From assembly GCA_963793305.1 (NCBI GenBank), contig CAWBZV010000005.1, positions 320,001-384,000 on the forward strand: 64,000 bases of DNA, given 5' to 3'. The stretch comes from an uncultured Gemmatimonadales bacterium (GTDB taxonomy: Bacteria > Gemmatimonadota > Gemmatimonadetes > Gemmatimonadales > Gemmatimonadaceae). A program made the translations under genes and the position numbers. The notes beneath the pieces were generated by a model, which was not told where the DNA came from, searched no databases, and saw only the letters and a list, made by a program, of their open reading frames with translations. Position 1 is the stretch's first letter. Each line of letters opens with the position of its first letter. Of the stretch, positions 53,833 through 64,000 are shown piece after piece.

Positions 53833-56580
53833 TTACGCGGTCACGACGCGGTCACGCAACATCACACGATTGATGAGCGTATCGAGGACGTCGGCTTCGA
53901 GCGGTTTCGCGAACACGTACCCTTGCGCGAGGTCGCAACCGAACGCGAGGAGCTCGTCGCGCTGTTGGACGGTCTCGACACCTTCCGCGACGGTGCGGAG
54001 GTGCAACATGTCGCCGAGCGCGATGATCGTTCGCGCCAATGCGGCATCCGTTCCGCCACGGCCGACGCCGTCGATGAACGTCTTGTCGAGCTTCAAGATG
54101 TCGATCGGGAATCGTTGGAGATACGACAGCGACGAGTACCCCGTGCCGAAGTCGTCGATCGCCAACCGGACGCCGATCGCTTTGAGCGCCCGCAACTTGC
54201 GGAGCGTCGACTCGGTGTCCTGCATGATCACGCTCTCCGTGATTTCCAGCACAAGGCGCTCGGGCGCGAGACCGGAATCCTCGAGCGCGGCCATGACGTC
54301 GTCGGCCAGTCCCGGATACTGCAGCTGGCGTCCCGAGATATTCACACTAATCGACAGCGGCTCGGATCCGTCGGCGGACGGCACGAACCGCGCCCCGCGC
54401 CGACACGCTTCGCGTAGCACCCATCGCCCGATCGGGACAATCAATCCCGACTCCTCGGCCAACCCAATGAATTCCAACGGCATCACCTGGCCGCGCTCGC
54501 TGTGATTCCACCGAATCAATGCCTCGACGCCAACGCAACGCGTCGTCGTCAGCTCGACAATCGGTTGATACACGAGCCGGAACTCCTCGCGCTCCACCGC
54601 CCGTCGTAAATCGGCCTCGAGCTCCAGCCGATCCAACAGCGCCGCATGCATTTCGGGCGCAAACACCGCGTGCAATGCGCCGCCGCGTGCTTTGGCGCGA
54701 TACATGGCCACGTCGGCATTGCGGAGCAGCTCATCGGCCCTCGACGCCGAGCCCCCGCGCGCGATACCAATGCTCGCCGACGCAATCACATCCTTTCCGT
54801 CGAGCTGCACCGGCGCCCGCATGGCTGCCTCGACCCGCTCCACAACCGCCAATGCCTCGGCGTCATCATGCACGGCTTCGAGCAGTATCGCGAACTCATC
54901 GCCACCGAGTCGCGCCACTGTATCGTGCCCGCGCGTGGCAGACATGAGCCGTCCCGCGACCGCGCACAGCAGTCGATCGCCGGCCGCATGCCCGAGGCCG
55001 TCGTTGATGGCCTTGAAGTTGTCGAGGTCCAAGAAGAGCACCGCGACCCCGGACGCATGCCGCTCGGTACGCGTGAGCGCATGCTCGACTCGATCGCGGA
55101 ACAGGGCGCGGTTGGCGAGCCCCGTGAGTGCGTCGTGGAAGGCTTGGTGCGTGAGCTGCGCTTCGAGGCGCTTGCGTTCCGACACGTCGCGGAAAGCGAT
55201 CACCGCGCCGACGACCGCGCCGTTCTCGCGGATCGGCGTACTCTCGTAGGCGACGTAGAACGTCGTGCCATCCATGCGCCGGAAGGAGTCGTCGTCGACC
55301 CGGTGCACGTTCCCGTCGCGCAGCGCGGTCTCGATCGGGCAGTGACCGCCGCTGTGCCGCGCGGTGCCATCGGTCGGATGCACGATGGGGTGGAGCGCCT
55401 GATCGAGCAGCGCCGGGGGCTCGTAGCCGAGCATGCGCGCCGCGGCGCGGTTGCAGAACATGGCGCGGCCGCGGAGGTCGAGCCCGACGATGCCTTCGCC
55501 GACCGAGTCGAGAATCAGCTCGTTGGCGCGGGCGAGGTGGGCGATGCGGGCCGCGGCGCGACGACGCTTCGAGGCGTCGATCACCGTCGCGATGATGATG
55601 ACGGCGAGCACGCTGATCGCGCCAATGACCAGCGCGGCTTCCGTCCGGAATCGCGCGACGGCGCCCGCGATGGCTTCGTCCTCGTCGATCGCGCGTACGA
55701 CCGCCCAGCCGGCGCCCGGCACGTGCGTCGTGGCGGCGACGATCCGGCCTCCGCGGATATCGGTGAAGCGTCCGGCGGTATCGATGCCGTGCGCCGCGAG
55801 AATCCAGAGGAGCGGTGCCTCGCTCCGGCGCACGGCCAGCCCGAACGGCTCCGATGGCGGATAGGCCGAGGGGCTCAACACGCGATAGACCATCGTGTCC
55901 GATGGATCGCGGGCGATCAGCTTGGTGCGCGCCGTGGCGGTGCCGCCGGTCTCGCGCATCACGTACGGAAAGAGCGCCGAGCCCGGGCTGATCGCGACGA
56001 CGGTCGACCACGCGGTACCGGCGACGGGCATGATGAGCGACAGGCGCGCATTCCCGGACGGCAGCAACTCCGGGCCGACAATGCGCTCGCGGCGCGCCTT
56101 CGGCATATCGGTCGCTGAGCGTCGCTCGGCGTCTGTCAACGTATCGGATCCGTCGGCGGCCGCGACCACGCGACCGACGTCATCGACGGCCCACACGGAT
56201 TGATAGCTGTGGCGTCGCCGGAGCGTTGTCAGCGCCCACACGAGCGCGCTATGCGCCGCGGTCTTGGCGACCGCGCGATCCGGCGCTCGTACGGCCGCTC
56301 CTTCGAGCTCGGCGTACGCGGCGACATACCCCGATGCTTCGCGCGCGTCGATCCGCCGTTCGTCCAGCCACGCGTCGATGACCGACGACGTGAGCTCGGC
56401 GTTCGCGGTGAGTTGTTGCTGCCACTGCGCGAGGGCGAGGGCGCGAAGATGGGTGAAGCGGGCCCGCGCGATGGCGTTGCCGCCGGCGAGTACCACGACG
56501 AATCCCACGGCAGCCAGGAAGGCCCAGAGGGGGCGGCGGGACGCGCGAGGGGAAAGGGCCGGAATGCGATCGAGCGCCAT
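53833..56580 (-). CDS. Membrane-bound sensor PAS-GGDEF-EAL c-di-GMP enzyme
   Basis: Two TM segments flanking a periplasmic domain; PAS; HDALTGLANR, RLGGDEF, VEALIRW, IDDFGTGYSSL. Confidence 0.95.
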   Translation of the reverse strand: MALDRIPALSPRASRRPLWAFLAAVGFVVVLAGGNAIARARFTHLRALALAQWQQQLTANAELTSSVIDAWLDERRIDAREASGYVAAYAELEGAAVRAPDRAVAKTAAHSALVWALTTLRRRHSYQSVWAVDDVGRVVAAADGSDTLTDAERRSATDMPKARRERIVGPELLPSGNARLSLIMPVAGTAWSTVVAISPGSALFPYVMRETGGTATARTKLIARDPSDTMVYRVLSPSAYPPSEPFGLAVRRSEAPLLWILAAHGIDTAGRFTDIRGGRIVAATTHVPGAGWAVVRAIDEDEAIAGAVARFRTEAALVIGAISVLAVIIIATVIDASKRRRAAARIAHLARANELILDSVGEGIVGLDLRGRAMFCNRAAARMLGYEPPALLDQALHPIVHPTDGTARHSGGHCPIETALRDGNVHRVDDDSFRRMDGTTFYVAYESTPIRENGAVVGAVIAFRDVSERKRLEAQLTHQAFHDALTGLANRALFRDRVEHALTRTERHASGVAVLFLDLDNFKAINDGLGHAAGDRLLCAVAGRLMSATRGHDTVARLGGDEFAILLEAVHDDAEALAVVERVEAAMRAPVQLDGKDVIASASIGIARGGSASRADELLRNADVAMYRAKARGGALHAVFAPEMHAALLDRLELEADLRRAVEREEFRLVYQPIVELTTTRCVGVEALIRWNHSERGQVMPLEFIGLAEESGLIVPIGRWVLREACRRGARFVPSADGSEPLSISVNISGRQLQYPGLADDVMAALEDSGLAPERLVLEITESVIMQDTESTLRKLRALKAIGVRLAIDDFGTGYSSLSYLQRFPIDILKLDKTFIDGVGRGGTDAALARTIIALGDMLHLRTVAEGVETVQQRDELLAFGCDLAQGYVFAKPLEADVLDTLINRVMLRDRVVTA

Positions 56581-56657
56581 GCTTCCCTGGTGGAGGACCC
56601 GTGCGCGTAACCTGTGCTGCCGTAAGACGATCTGGCGTCGACTGACGCCACGAGCCG

Positions 56658-58049
56658 TTACGAGCCCGAAGGCTTGGCGAAGCGGTCGGACGTCGCTGGG
56701 CTGGTCACTGGCCCGGTCGCCGGGCCGTCCGTGCGTTGGATCCGCGGGATCGAGCCCGGGCCAAGCGGCTTTGCGACCGTCGACTCGCCTGACGACGATG
56801 GAGGCGTCGACACCGGGGTCGGCTGCGCGACGGGCGCCGACGCCGTGTCTGGCTTATCCTCTGGTGAGGCAACGGTTTGCGTGTCTTCTTGCGCCTGCGT
56901 TGATGGCGTCGTGTCGGCCGCCGAGCCATGAGACGCCACCGCGGTCGTGTCGGCTGCGGTAGTCGCCACGGTCCGCTTGGATTTGGACCCGCCGCGACCC
57001 ATGAGCATCACCGCGATCAACAGTACGGCGGCGACCGCTACCCCGATGCCAGCTGCCCGCGCAGGGTACCGCTGCCAGTACGGCCGAAAATCATCGCCCG
57101 TCGGCGCCGCCCTGCGAGAGCTCTTTGGTTCGAGCGTTCGCAACTCGACGAACGGATCGTATCCAGGCACGGACCGTCGAGGCGCCTGATCCACCAGTAC
57201 CGGCTCCTCCTCAGGTTCCGGCTCTGGCTCCGGTTCCGGCTTTTCTTCCACCACGGGTGCCGGCTTCGCCACCACGGGCGCTGGCTTCGGCGCGACGGGT
57301 GCTGCCGGCTTCGGTGCGACGGGTGCTGGCGGCTTCGGTGCGACGGGTGCCAGTGGCTTCGCCGCGACGGGCTCTGGCTTCGGCGGAGGCTCATTCTCAA
57401 TCGGTGCCCGGTCGAGAACCGGCCGCTCGATCTGCTCCGTTGAGACACGCTTCGGCGCCGCCTTCGTGGGGAAATCCCCGAAAGCCGCATCGAGCACGCT
57501 GTCGATCTCGGCGGGGGTCTCCGCCGAGGGTCGTCGCGGAGGCTCGGCTGGCGCCTGGACCGGCGGCGGTACGGGCGGCTGGACCGGCGGCTGCACCTGC
57601 GCCTGGATCTGTGGAGCGACTTCCGCCTCGACGACCTCTCGGAGGTCTTCCCAGAGCGCAGTATCCGCCGTGCCAATCGTCGCGGTGCTTGGCTCAGCGT
57701 CGGCCGGTTGGGCGAGCGACTCCAAGACGGGCGCTCTCGCGCGCTCGAGCTCCTCCGGCGAAGGATCACGCCCGTAGAGGTAGGCTTCGAGCACGGCGGG
57801 AAACGCGACGATCTGCCCCGTCTCGTAGATCCGCGCGTGCCAGTCGTCGTTCACGCGCGCGTCGGTCGCATCGCGCAGCGCCGCGTAATAGTCGAGATAG
57901 TCGCCGTACGCGTCCGCGCCGAACTCGTAGAGGACGCTCCAGCCATTGACGCGCAGCTGTCCGCTCTTCCGCGCGGACACATTGCCCGCCGGCAGCTTCA
58001 GCGCCCACGGCGCGAATTCTCGCTCGAACGCCTCGATCGCCCTTTTCAT
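56658..58049 (-). CDS. Hypothetical membrane protein (globular N-domain, Pro-rich linker, one TM, S/T/P tail)
   Basis: ORF with TM AAGIGVAVAAVLLIAVMLM and PVAPKP repeats. Confidence 0.75.
   Translation of the reverse strand: MKRAIEAFEREFAPWALKLPAGNVSARKSGQLRVNGWSVLYEFGADAYGDYLDYYAALRDATDARVNDDWHARIYETGQIVAFPAVLEAYLYGRDPSPEELERARAPVLESLAQPADAEPSTATIGTADTALWEDLREVVEAEVAPQIQAQVQPPVQPPVPPPVQAPAEPPRRPSAETPAEIDSVLDAAFGDFPTKAAPKRVSTEQIERPVLDRAPIENEPPPKPEPVAAKPLAPVAPKPPAPVAPKPAAPVAPKPAPVVAKPAPVVEEKPEPEPEPEPEEEPVLVDQAPRRSVPGYDPFVELRTLEPKSSRRAAPTGDDFRPYWQRYPARAAGIGVAVAAVLLIAVMLMGRGGSKSKRTVATTAADTTAVASHGSAADTTPSTQAQEDTQTVASPEDKPDTASAPVAQPTPVSTPPSSSGESTVAKPLGPGSIPRIQRTDGPATGPVTSPATSDRFAKPSGS
57255..57385. 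repeat. ~24-nt coding tandem repeat (APVAPKP units)
   Basis: GGCTTCGG(T/C)GCGACGGGTGC units repeated about 5 times. Confidence 0.8.
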
Positions 58050-58089
58050 CCTTACGGGAGAGACGATCGAGATGTAGCTTCCGCTACAC

Positions 58090-58379
<290 letters not shown>

Positions 58380-58385
<6 letters not shown>

Positions 58386-58487
58386 TGCTCCGCTTCGCTC
58401 CGCATGACCGCATTTGCCGCAAACTACCGCGGCAAATGCCATCGGTTCTCCTCCGGGGGGAACCACAACTGCCCCCCCGGACCCCCC
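58380..58487 (-). repeat. Hairpin cluster after tRNA-Lys, including a G/C-tract module nearly identical to 38590-38638
   Basis: TCGGTTCTCCTCCGGGGGG..AACC.CAACT..CCCCCCGGACCCCCC shared; hairpins GCATTTGCCGC/GCGGCAAATGC and GGTCATGC/GCATGACC. Confidence 0.8.
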
Positions 58488-58558
58488 GACCACGCGTCGA
58501 TCGACAGTCTCGGGGTCCGCTTGCAACCGATAGGACGGCGCAGCCGTCCATCGCCGAG

Positions 58559-58973
58559 TTAGGGCTTCGTGGCCGGGATCGAGTCTTCTGGTAGATCGCG
58601 GAACGCGATGATATTCTCGAGCAACGACCACTCGAGCAACCCGGTCTCGGGCGACCCGATACGGAATGGCTGCGAGTACACCGGCCGCTCGAGGGCCCGC
58701 TCCGCGACCAGCCGATATTCTTGGCTGAGCGTGATCGGCGTGAAGGTGAATGTCTTCACCTCGGTCCCGGGCACAGTCCCGAGCATCTCGGCGAGTGCCC
58801 CCGCCGCCCTGCACGACGAATACCGTGATCTCGGTCGGGACCGCGAGATTATTCGTGATCTCGACGCCGACCGGATGTGGCCTGTCGTCTTCATTACCTT
58901 TCTTCTGAGTCGACGCGCAGCCCAGCGCCGTCAGCATGATTCCCGCGATCGCCGCCCGCCAAATTGTTCGCAT
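58559..58973 (-). CDS. Small hypothetical lipoprotein (+1 frameshift near 58795)
   Basis: MRTIWRAAIAGIMLTALGC lipobox; continues in second frame MLGTVPGTEVKTFTF. Confidence 0.6.
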
Positions 58974-59009
58974 GTCTCGAATCTGTTTGTTCTTCGCTCC
59001 GGACGCCAG

Positions 59010-59813
59010 ATGACGCGTATGGACCAGACCGCCACCGCCGCGTACCCGCCGGAGACCGTTGAAGGTTGGTATACACTGCATCAGTTGTTTCGGATCGACA
59101 TGGCCGCTATGCGCGCCCGCCGCGCGGCCGAACGCTCGGCCCACGCGCTGTCCGAGCTCGCCGCGCCGCCGGACGGCGGGGGATGGAGCGTGCTCGTCGA
59201 TGTCACGGGCTCCGCGGCGGACCTCATGCTCGTGCACTTCCGGCCAACACTCGGCGCCCTGCGCGCCGTGCAGCGTCGTCTCGCGTGCGATCCACTCTTC
59301 GACCATTTGTCGCTGGTCTACTCGTTCCTGAGCGTGACCGAAGCCGGCTTGTACGCGCTCTCGGCCAAGGCCGCGGCCGAATCCGGCGCCGACTATCGCG
59401 AGGGGATACAGCCACGCGTGGCGCTGGAGCGGGAGAGCCCGCACGTCCAGCGGCGGCTCTACCCCGAGCTCCCGGCCGACATGCCGGTCGTGTGCTTCTA
59501 TCCGATGTCGAAGAAGCGTCACCCCGGCGAGAACTGGTACGAGCTCTCGTTGGATGAGCGGAGCCGGCTGATGCAGGCGCACGGCGCGACCGGCCGCCGC
59601 TATGCCGGGCGCGTGCAGCAGATCATCACGGGGGCGATCGGCCTGGACGCGTGGGAGTGGGGCGTGACGCTGTTCGCGCGCGACGCGCTCGACATTAAGA
59701 GACTCGTGACCGACATGCGGTTCGACGAGGTCAGCGCGCGGTATGCGGAGTTCGGCCCGTTCTATGTGGGCGAACGCGTGACCCCGGACGCGTGGCTGGC
59801 GACGCTGCCCTAG
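59010..59813 (+). CDS. chdC: Coproheme decarboxylase ChdC/HemQ (chlorite dismutase-like family)
   Basis: ETVEGWYTLH, CFYPMSKKR..ENWY, M..HG..GR, GLDAWEWGVTLF, MRFDEVSARYAEFGPF. Confidence 0.85.
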   Translation: MTRMDQTATAAYPPETVEGWYTLHQLFRIDMAAMRARRAAERSAHALSELAAPPDGGGWSVLVDVTGSAADLMLVHFRPTLGALRAVQRRLACDPLFDHLSLVYSFLSVTEAGLYALSAKAAAESGADYREGIQPRVALERESPHVQRRLYPELPADMPVVCFYPMSKKRHPGENWYELSLDERSRLMQAHGATGRRYAGRVQQIITGAIGLDAWEWGVTLFARDALDIKRLVTDMRFDEVSARYAEFGPFYVGERVTPDAWLATLP

Positions 59814-59875
59814 CCACTCTGTGACATAAAGCACTTGACGGCTCGCGTCCCCGGGTGCATTGTAGTCTCACCTTT

Positions 59876-61309
59876 ATGAGACAAAGTACTCTTCAAGGCG
59901 AACTCTACGCCTCGGCCGCGGCGGCCGCGATCCTCGGCACGGCGATCTGCTACGATGCGCGCCCCGGCCTCAACTGGTCCCTCTGGACCCTCCTCGTCGC
60001 GACCGAGCTCGCGATCTTCGCCCGCGCACGCCTGGGCGCCAACCGCGCCGCCTTCAACGTGACGATCGCGCTGGCGGTGATCCTCGGAGCCGGGGCGGCC
60101 GTCACGACCAACCCGGCCTCGATCGCGCTGATCCTCATCACGGTCGCCACCCTCCTCGGTACCGCCGCCCGCCTCGCCGCGGGCACGCCGGCCCCGCTCC
60201 TCGGCGTTCGCGAGCTGGTCCGGATGCCACTCCGCGCAACGCTCGATGCGATCCGCGAGAGCTACGCCCGCGTCGAATCGACCGCCCGGGTGATGTTCTC
60301 GGACGCCGGCGCCCACGTCACCCGAGGCGTCGTCATTGCCATTCCCGTCGTCGTGGTCTTCGCCGCGCTGCTCGCGGGCGCCGATCCGACGCTCTCATCC
60401 TGGTTGCATGCCCTCTCGAAGCTCTTGAGCGACTGGTCGTGGTTCCCGCGTTTCGTGTTCTTCTGCGTCCTCGCCGCGCTGTCCCTCGGATCGTTCGGTC
60501 TCGCCGCGGGCGGCCTGATCACCGCCTCGCCCCCGGCCAGCACGTCCGGCGCGCGGTTCGTGCTCGGAGATACTGAACGCCGGATCGTCGTCGGCGCCGT
60601 CGATGCCTTGTTCGCGCTCTTCCTCGTGCTCGTCGCGTTCGTCAGCCCACCACAGGGGCAGTCATACACATTGTACGTGCACAACGGCTTCTCCCAGCTC
60701 ACGATCGTGGCGACGCTCTCAGTGATACTGGTCGCGGTGCTGCACAACGGCCGGCCGCGTAGAGGGACAGCGTGGGGCACGCTCGCGCTCCTCGCCGAAT
60801 GCGAGCTCCTCGTCGCCTCGGCGCTCCACCGCATTGCCGTCTACCAGCGCGACTACGGCTACACGGCGCTCCGCATGTGGGTGACCGCGTACATGCTGCT
60901 CGTGGCCGCGCTGCTCGTCCTCGTGGCCTACGAGGTCGCGCGCCCGGTGCTCGTCGACGCGCGCCGGTTCGTTCGCCGCGGCGCCGTGCTGAGCGTCGCC
61001 GCGCTCACCGTCATGGTCTACGGCAATCCCGACGCGTGGGTCGCGACGCTCGAGCTGCACCGGTACCAGACCACCGGCAAGGCCGATGTCTCGTACCTCT
61101 CCGAGCTGTCGGCCGACGCCGTGCCCTCTCTCTTGAGAATCGCCGCCGCCCTTCCACCGGGATGCGCTGACCGCCTTCGTCTCATACGACACGCAGTGAT
61201 CACACGGCCCATCGCATGGTATGAATGGACCGTACGAGGATCACGCGCAACCCGAGCGCTCGAGGGGTACCACACAGAGACCGCGGATTGCCAGGTGCAG
61301 CCATGGTGA
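59876..61309 (+). CDS. DUF4153/DUF4173-like multi-pass membrane protein
   Basis: FAALLAGADP, YVHNGFSQL, RIAVYQRDYGYTALR, YLSELSADAVP. Confidence 0.8.
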   Translation: MRQSTLQGELYASAAAAAILGTAICYDARPGLNWSLWTLLVATELAIFARARLGANRAAFNVTIALAVILGAGAAVTTNPASIALILITVATLLGTAARLAAGTPAPLLGVRELVRMPLRATLDAIRESYARVESTARVMFSDAGAHVTRGVVIAIPVVVVFAALLAGADPTLSSWLHALSKLLSDWSWFPRFVFFCVLAALSLGSFGLAAGGLITASPPASTSGARFVLGDTERRIVVGAVDALFALFLVLVAFVSPPQGQSYTLYVHNGFSQLTIVATLSVILVAVLHNGRPRRGTAWGTLALLAECELLVASALHRIAVYQRDYGYTALRMWVTAYMLLVAALLVLVAYEVARPVLVDARRFVRRGAVLSVAALTVMVYGNPDAWVATLELHRYQTTGKADVSYLSELSADAVPSLLRIAAALPPGCADRLRLIRHAVITRPIAWYEWTVRGSRATRALEGYHTETADCQVQPW

Positions 61310-61406
61310 AATATCAGACACTCGTGCTGCGCCTGGCGTTACGTCGCATTGCCAAACTCGAAGGCGCACCACGCAATGGCCTCCACCTCGTGCCACCCAC
61401 GCCGCG

Positions 61407-61850
61407 TCACGTGCGGCTCGTGCCGGCGAGCGGAGCGAGATCGGGTTCGATCCACCTGCTGCGCGCGTCCAATGACATCAAGCACTCGCGCGAGTAGTAC
61501 GCGTATGGCAGCTGCCGGTCCTCGCACTCGTCGACCACCCGGTTGACCAGCGCGGCCAGCGCCTCGGACACGCCCGCCCGGCACACCGCCCCCGAAACGA
61601 GCCACACGTAGAATCGCGTCAGCGTCTCGTGATACCCACTCGTCGGGGTCGTGACGATGCCATGCGCGGCGTTGTACGACTGTATCGCGTCCCGCACGTG
61701 GTCGAGCGCCGCCTCCGGTCCGTACCAGAGCACATACCACGCGGCCACGGTCAGGTGCATGCGATGCGTCCACTCCCCGCGCGGCAACTCGTGGGACTCG
61801 AACGCCGCGATCAGGTCGTGCACCGCGTCGGTAGTTGGATACGCGCTCAT
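61407..61850 (-). CDS. Conserved-looking hypothetical protein
   Basis: WTHRMHL, YHETLT, YYS, ARSRWIEPDL; ATG overlaps Lrp stop. Confidence 0.7.
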   Translation of the reverse strand: MSAYPTTDAVHDLIAAFESHELPRGEWTHRMHLTVAAWYVLWYGPEAALDHVRDAIQSYNAAHGIVTTPTSGYHETLTRFYVWLVSGAVCRAGVSEALAALVNRVVDECEDRQLPYAYYSRECLMSLDARSRWIEPDLAPLAGTSRT

Positions 61851-62317
61851 GCCGCGACCACGTCGGTATCCGGGAGCGGCACGATCACCGACTCTTTGAG
61901 CGTGCGCAGGACGACCGTCGTCCGCGTGCGCACGATGCCCGGCACGGCTTTGAGCTCGTCGGTGAGCAAATGATCGAGATCGGCGGTGCCCGCGCACCGC
62001 ACTTTCAGGAGATAGTCGTAATCGCCGGCGACGTGATGACACTCCTGAATCGCCGTCAGCCGCGCGACGCGCCGCAAGAACGCCGCCCGATTGCCGGGCC
62101 GCTCGAGCGTCACCGACACGAACGCGGTGAGCCCCGCGCCGACCGCTTCGGGATCGACCAGCGCCGCGTATCCGCGAATCACGCCATCGGCCTCCAGCCG
62201 ACGCACGCGGTCGGCCGCGGCGGGCCCCGTCATGCCGAGCGCGACACCGAGCGTCGCCCAACTCTCACGGCCCGCGATCTGGAGTCGCTCGACGGCCTTG
62301 ATATCGATAGTATCCAC
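61847..62317 (-). CDS. Lrp/AsnC family transcriptional regulator
   Basis: DRVRRLEADGVIRGY, ECHHVAGDYDYLLKV. Confidence 0.93.
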   Translation of the reverse strand: MDTIDIKAVERLQIAGRESWATLGVALGMTGPAAADRVRRLEADGVIRGYAALVDPEAVGAGLTAFVSVTLERPGNRAAFLRRVARLTAIQECHHVAGDYDYLLKVRCAGTADLDHLLTDELKAVPGIVRTRTTVVLRTLKESVIVPLPDTDVVAA

Positions 62318-62369
62318 GCTGATATACTAATTATTAGTTAGTAAACAACGCAAGTACCTGGCGAATCAA

Positions 62370-62415
62370 ATTAGCAATAAATCAACCTATCAATTCATAG
62401 GCACATTCGATTTGC
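62370..62415. promoter_or_regulatory. Putative LysR operator in AT-rich divergent intergenic region
   Basis: CTAT-N6-ATAG-N7-CGAT half-site array resembling LysR/OxyR-type boxes. Confidence 0.35.
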
Positions 62416-62468
62416 CCTCGCTCGGGTTTCGTACCGACAATTCGCCTATCAACAACCGAGACGCCAGT

Positions 62469-63443
62469 GTGACGACAACGACGAATGGGAACGGCACGCT
62501 CCTGATCAGACAATTCCAGTATCTCGTTGCCCTCGCACGAGAACGTCACTTCGCGCGCGCCGCCGCGGCCTGTCACGTGACGCAGCCGACGTTGTCGAGC
62601 GGCATCAAACAACTCGAAGAAAGTCTTGGCGTGCTCGTCGTCGAGCGCGGCCAGCGCTTCCGCGGACTCACGCCGGAAGGCGAGCGCGTGCTGGCGTGGG
62701 CCCGCCGCATCACCGCCGACGTCCAGTCCTTGCGGCAAGATGTCGACGCGACCCGCGGCGAGCTCTCCGGCCGGCTCCGGGTCGGCGTCGTGCCGTCGGC
62801 GCTGCCGATGATCGCCATGCTCACCGCGCCGTTCGCCGAACGGTATCCAGGCACCAGCATCACGGTCACATCCCTCACGTCACGCGCCCTGGAGCGCGCG
62901 CTCGAGGAGTTCGAGATCGACGCTGGCGTCACGTACCTCGAGGATGAGCCGCTGGGCCGCGTCGAGGTCGTGCCGCTCTATCACGAGCGCTACGTGCTCG
63001 TCACGCCCACGCGGTCGTCGATCGGCGCCCGGGCGCGCGAGACCGTGACCTGGCACGAGGCCGCGTCGCTGCCCCTCTGTCTGCTCACGACCGACATGCG
63101 GCACCGGCGCATTATCGACGGCCACTTTCGCGAAGCGGGCGTCACCCCCGCGCCGCGCGTCGAGGCGGACTCGATGGAGGCCGTCTGCGCGCACGTGCGC
63201 CACGGCCTGCTCTCCGGTGTGCTCCCGCAGGCCGCGCTCACGATCTTGGGCGATACGCCGGGCCCGACGTTGCGCGTGATTCCGCTGACCGAGCCCGCGG
63301 CCTCACACGCCGTCGGGCTCGTGACGCTCGACCGCGATCCGCCGACGCCGATCGCCGCGGCGTTCCGTCAGATCGCGCGGGAAATGGATATCGAGGCCGT
63401 CCTCGATCCGTCGGCGCGCACCGCGACGCTCAAGATAGGATGA
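62469..63443 (+). CDS. LysR family transcriptional regulator (OxyR/CynR-like)
   Basis: YLVALARERHFARAAAACHVTQPTLS HTH; GRLRVGVVP; start uncertain. Confidence 0.92.
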   Translation: MTTTTNGNGTLLIRQFQYLVALARERHFARAAAACHVTQPTLSSGIKQLEESLGVLVVERGQRFRGLTPEGERVLAWARRITADVQSLRQDVDATRGELSGRLRVGVVPSALPMIAMLTAPFAERYPGTSITVTSLTSRALERALEEFEIDAGVTYLEDEPLGRVEVVPLYHERYVLVTPTRSSIGARARETVTWHEAASLPLCLLTTDMRHRRIIDGHFREAGVTPAPRVEADSMEAVCAHVRHGLLSGVLPQAALTILGDTPGPTLRVIPLTEPAASHAVGLVTLDRDPPTPIAAAFRQIAREMDIEAVLDPSARTATLKIG

Positions 63444-64000
63444 TGCTGAGGCAGGTGGCCGCCGCCTCGGCCTTCTCGAACTCCGAGATGTCGACCGCGA
63501 TCGGCTGAAATCCGGCGCACACGAGACGCTCCCGTGTGCGCGGCGCGCTGGCGGGCACGACGAGCGCGTGACCCACGATCACCGCGTTGGCGCCGAACGC
63601 CTCATCGGGATCGACGGTGATCACGCGCAGCCCGTCGAAGAGCGCCGTTGGGACCCACTCGGGGTTGATCAACACCGCATGGGGCCCGATCGCCGTGCAC
63701 GCGCTTTTCAAATGCAAGCACTTGGTGAGCGGCACGCCGATCACGCGATAGCCGGCGGGTCCGAGCATCTTCGTCAACTGCTCGACGGCGGCAGCGTTGG
63801 TTCGTGCGGTCTGCCCGACGTACAGGGTCGTTCCAGCCCGCATGACGTCCCCGCCGTCGAGCGTCGCCGGTTCGCCGAGCGCCTGCACGGTTCTGTACCG
63901 CCGCAGCACCGGTGCCATAGCCGCGGTTTCGCGCCGCCGCGACTCCGCCCCCATCATCGACACGATCGCGACCGAGTCGAGCACGATCGCCGTATCCTCG
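63430..64000 (-). CDS. Dimethylarginine dimethylaminohydrolase / amidinotransferase family (5' end outside window)
   Basis: EDTAIV, LDGGDV, LHLKS, ISEFEKAEAAATCLS. Confidence 0.9.
   Translation of the reverse strand, partial: EDTAIVLDSVAIVSMMGAESRRRETAAMAPVLRRYRTVQALGEPATLDGGDVMRAGTTLYVGQTARTNAAAVEQLTKMLGPAGYRVIGVPLTKCLHLKSACTAIGPHAVLINPEWVPTALFDGLRVITVDPDEAFGANAVIVGHALVVPASAPRTRERLVCAGFQPIAVDISEFEKAEAAATCLSIILS

Noticed and set aside
52655..57385. Tandem repeats considered as a CRISPR array
   Set aside because: They are in-frame coding repeats without unique spacers, and no cas genes are present.

Overview
GC-rich bacterial chromosome segment; gene content and order suggest Gemmatimonadota (inference, not verified). 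It opens in the right end of an integrative element (excisionase-like HTH plus tyrosine integrase) abutting tRNA-Leu(TAG). Next come degP/htrA and dnaK, then a rhomboid-deoC-ppk1 run continuing into an ECF sigma / CBM48-type anti-sigma / secreted protein / beta-barrel+CBM48 cassette. A large phosphate locus follows (ppx, phoU, two pstB, pstA, pstC, two pstS, porin, phoR, phoB), split by a ~10 kb porin/TOBE/TauE/LysR/RND block. After that: purine salvage (add, PNP), thiD, a TrmH-family methyltransferase, prepilin peptidase, a half-Clp ATPase/HExxH protein/Hcp-like trio, lon, ffh-rpsP-rimM-trmD-rplS-rnhB, assorted enzymes and signalling proteins, a tRNA-Lys(TTT) split by a 223-nt group I intron, chdC and regulators. 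The two most notable observations are (1) the group I intron in tRNA-Lys(UUU) and (2) an interspersed multi-hairpin repeat with compensatory base changes that sits in-frame directly at the ATGA start of three unrelated genes, with further intergenic relatives. About ten single-base frameshifts in otherwise intact genes are most likely long-read assembly errors.
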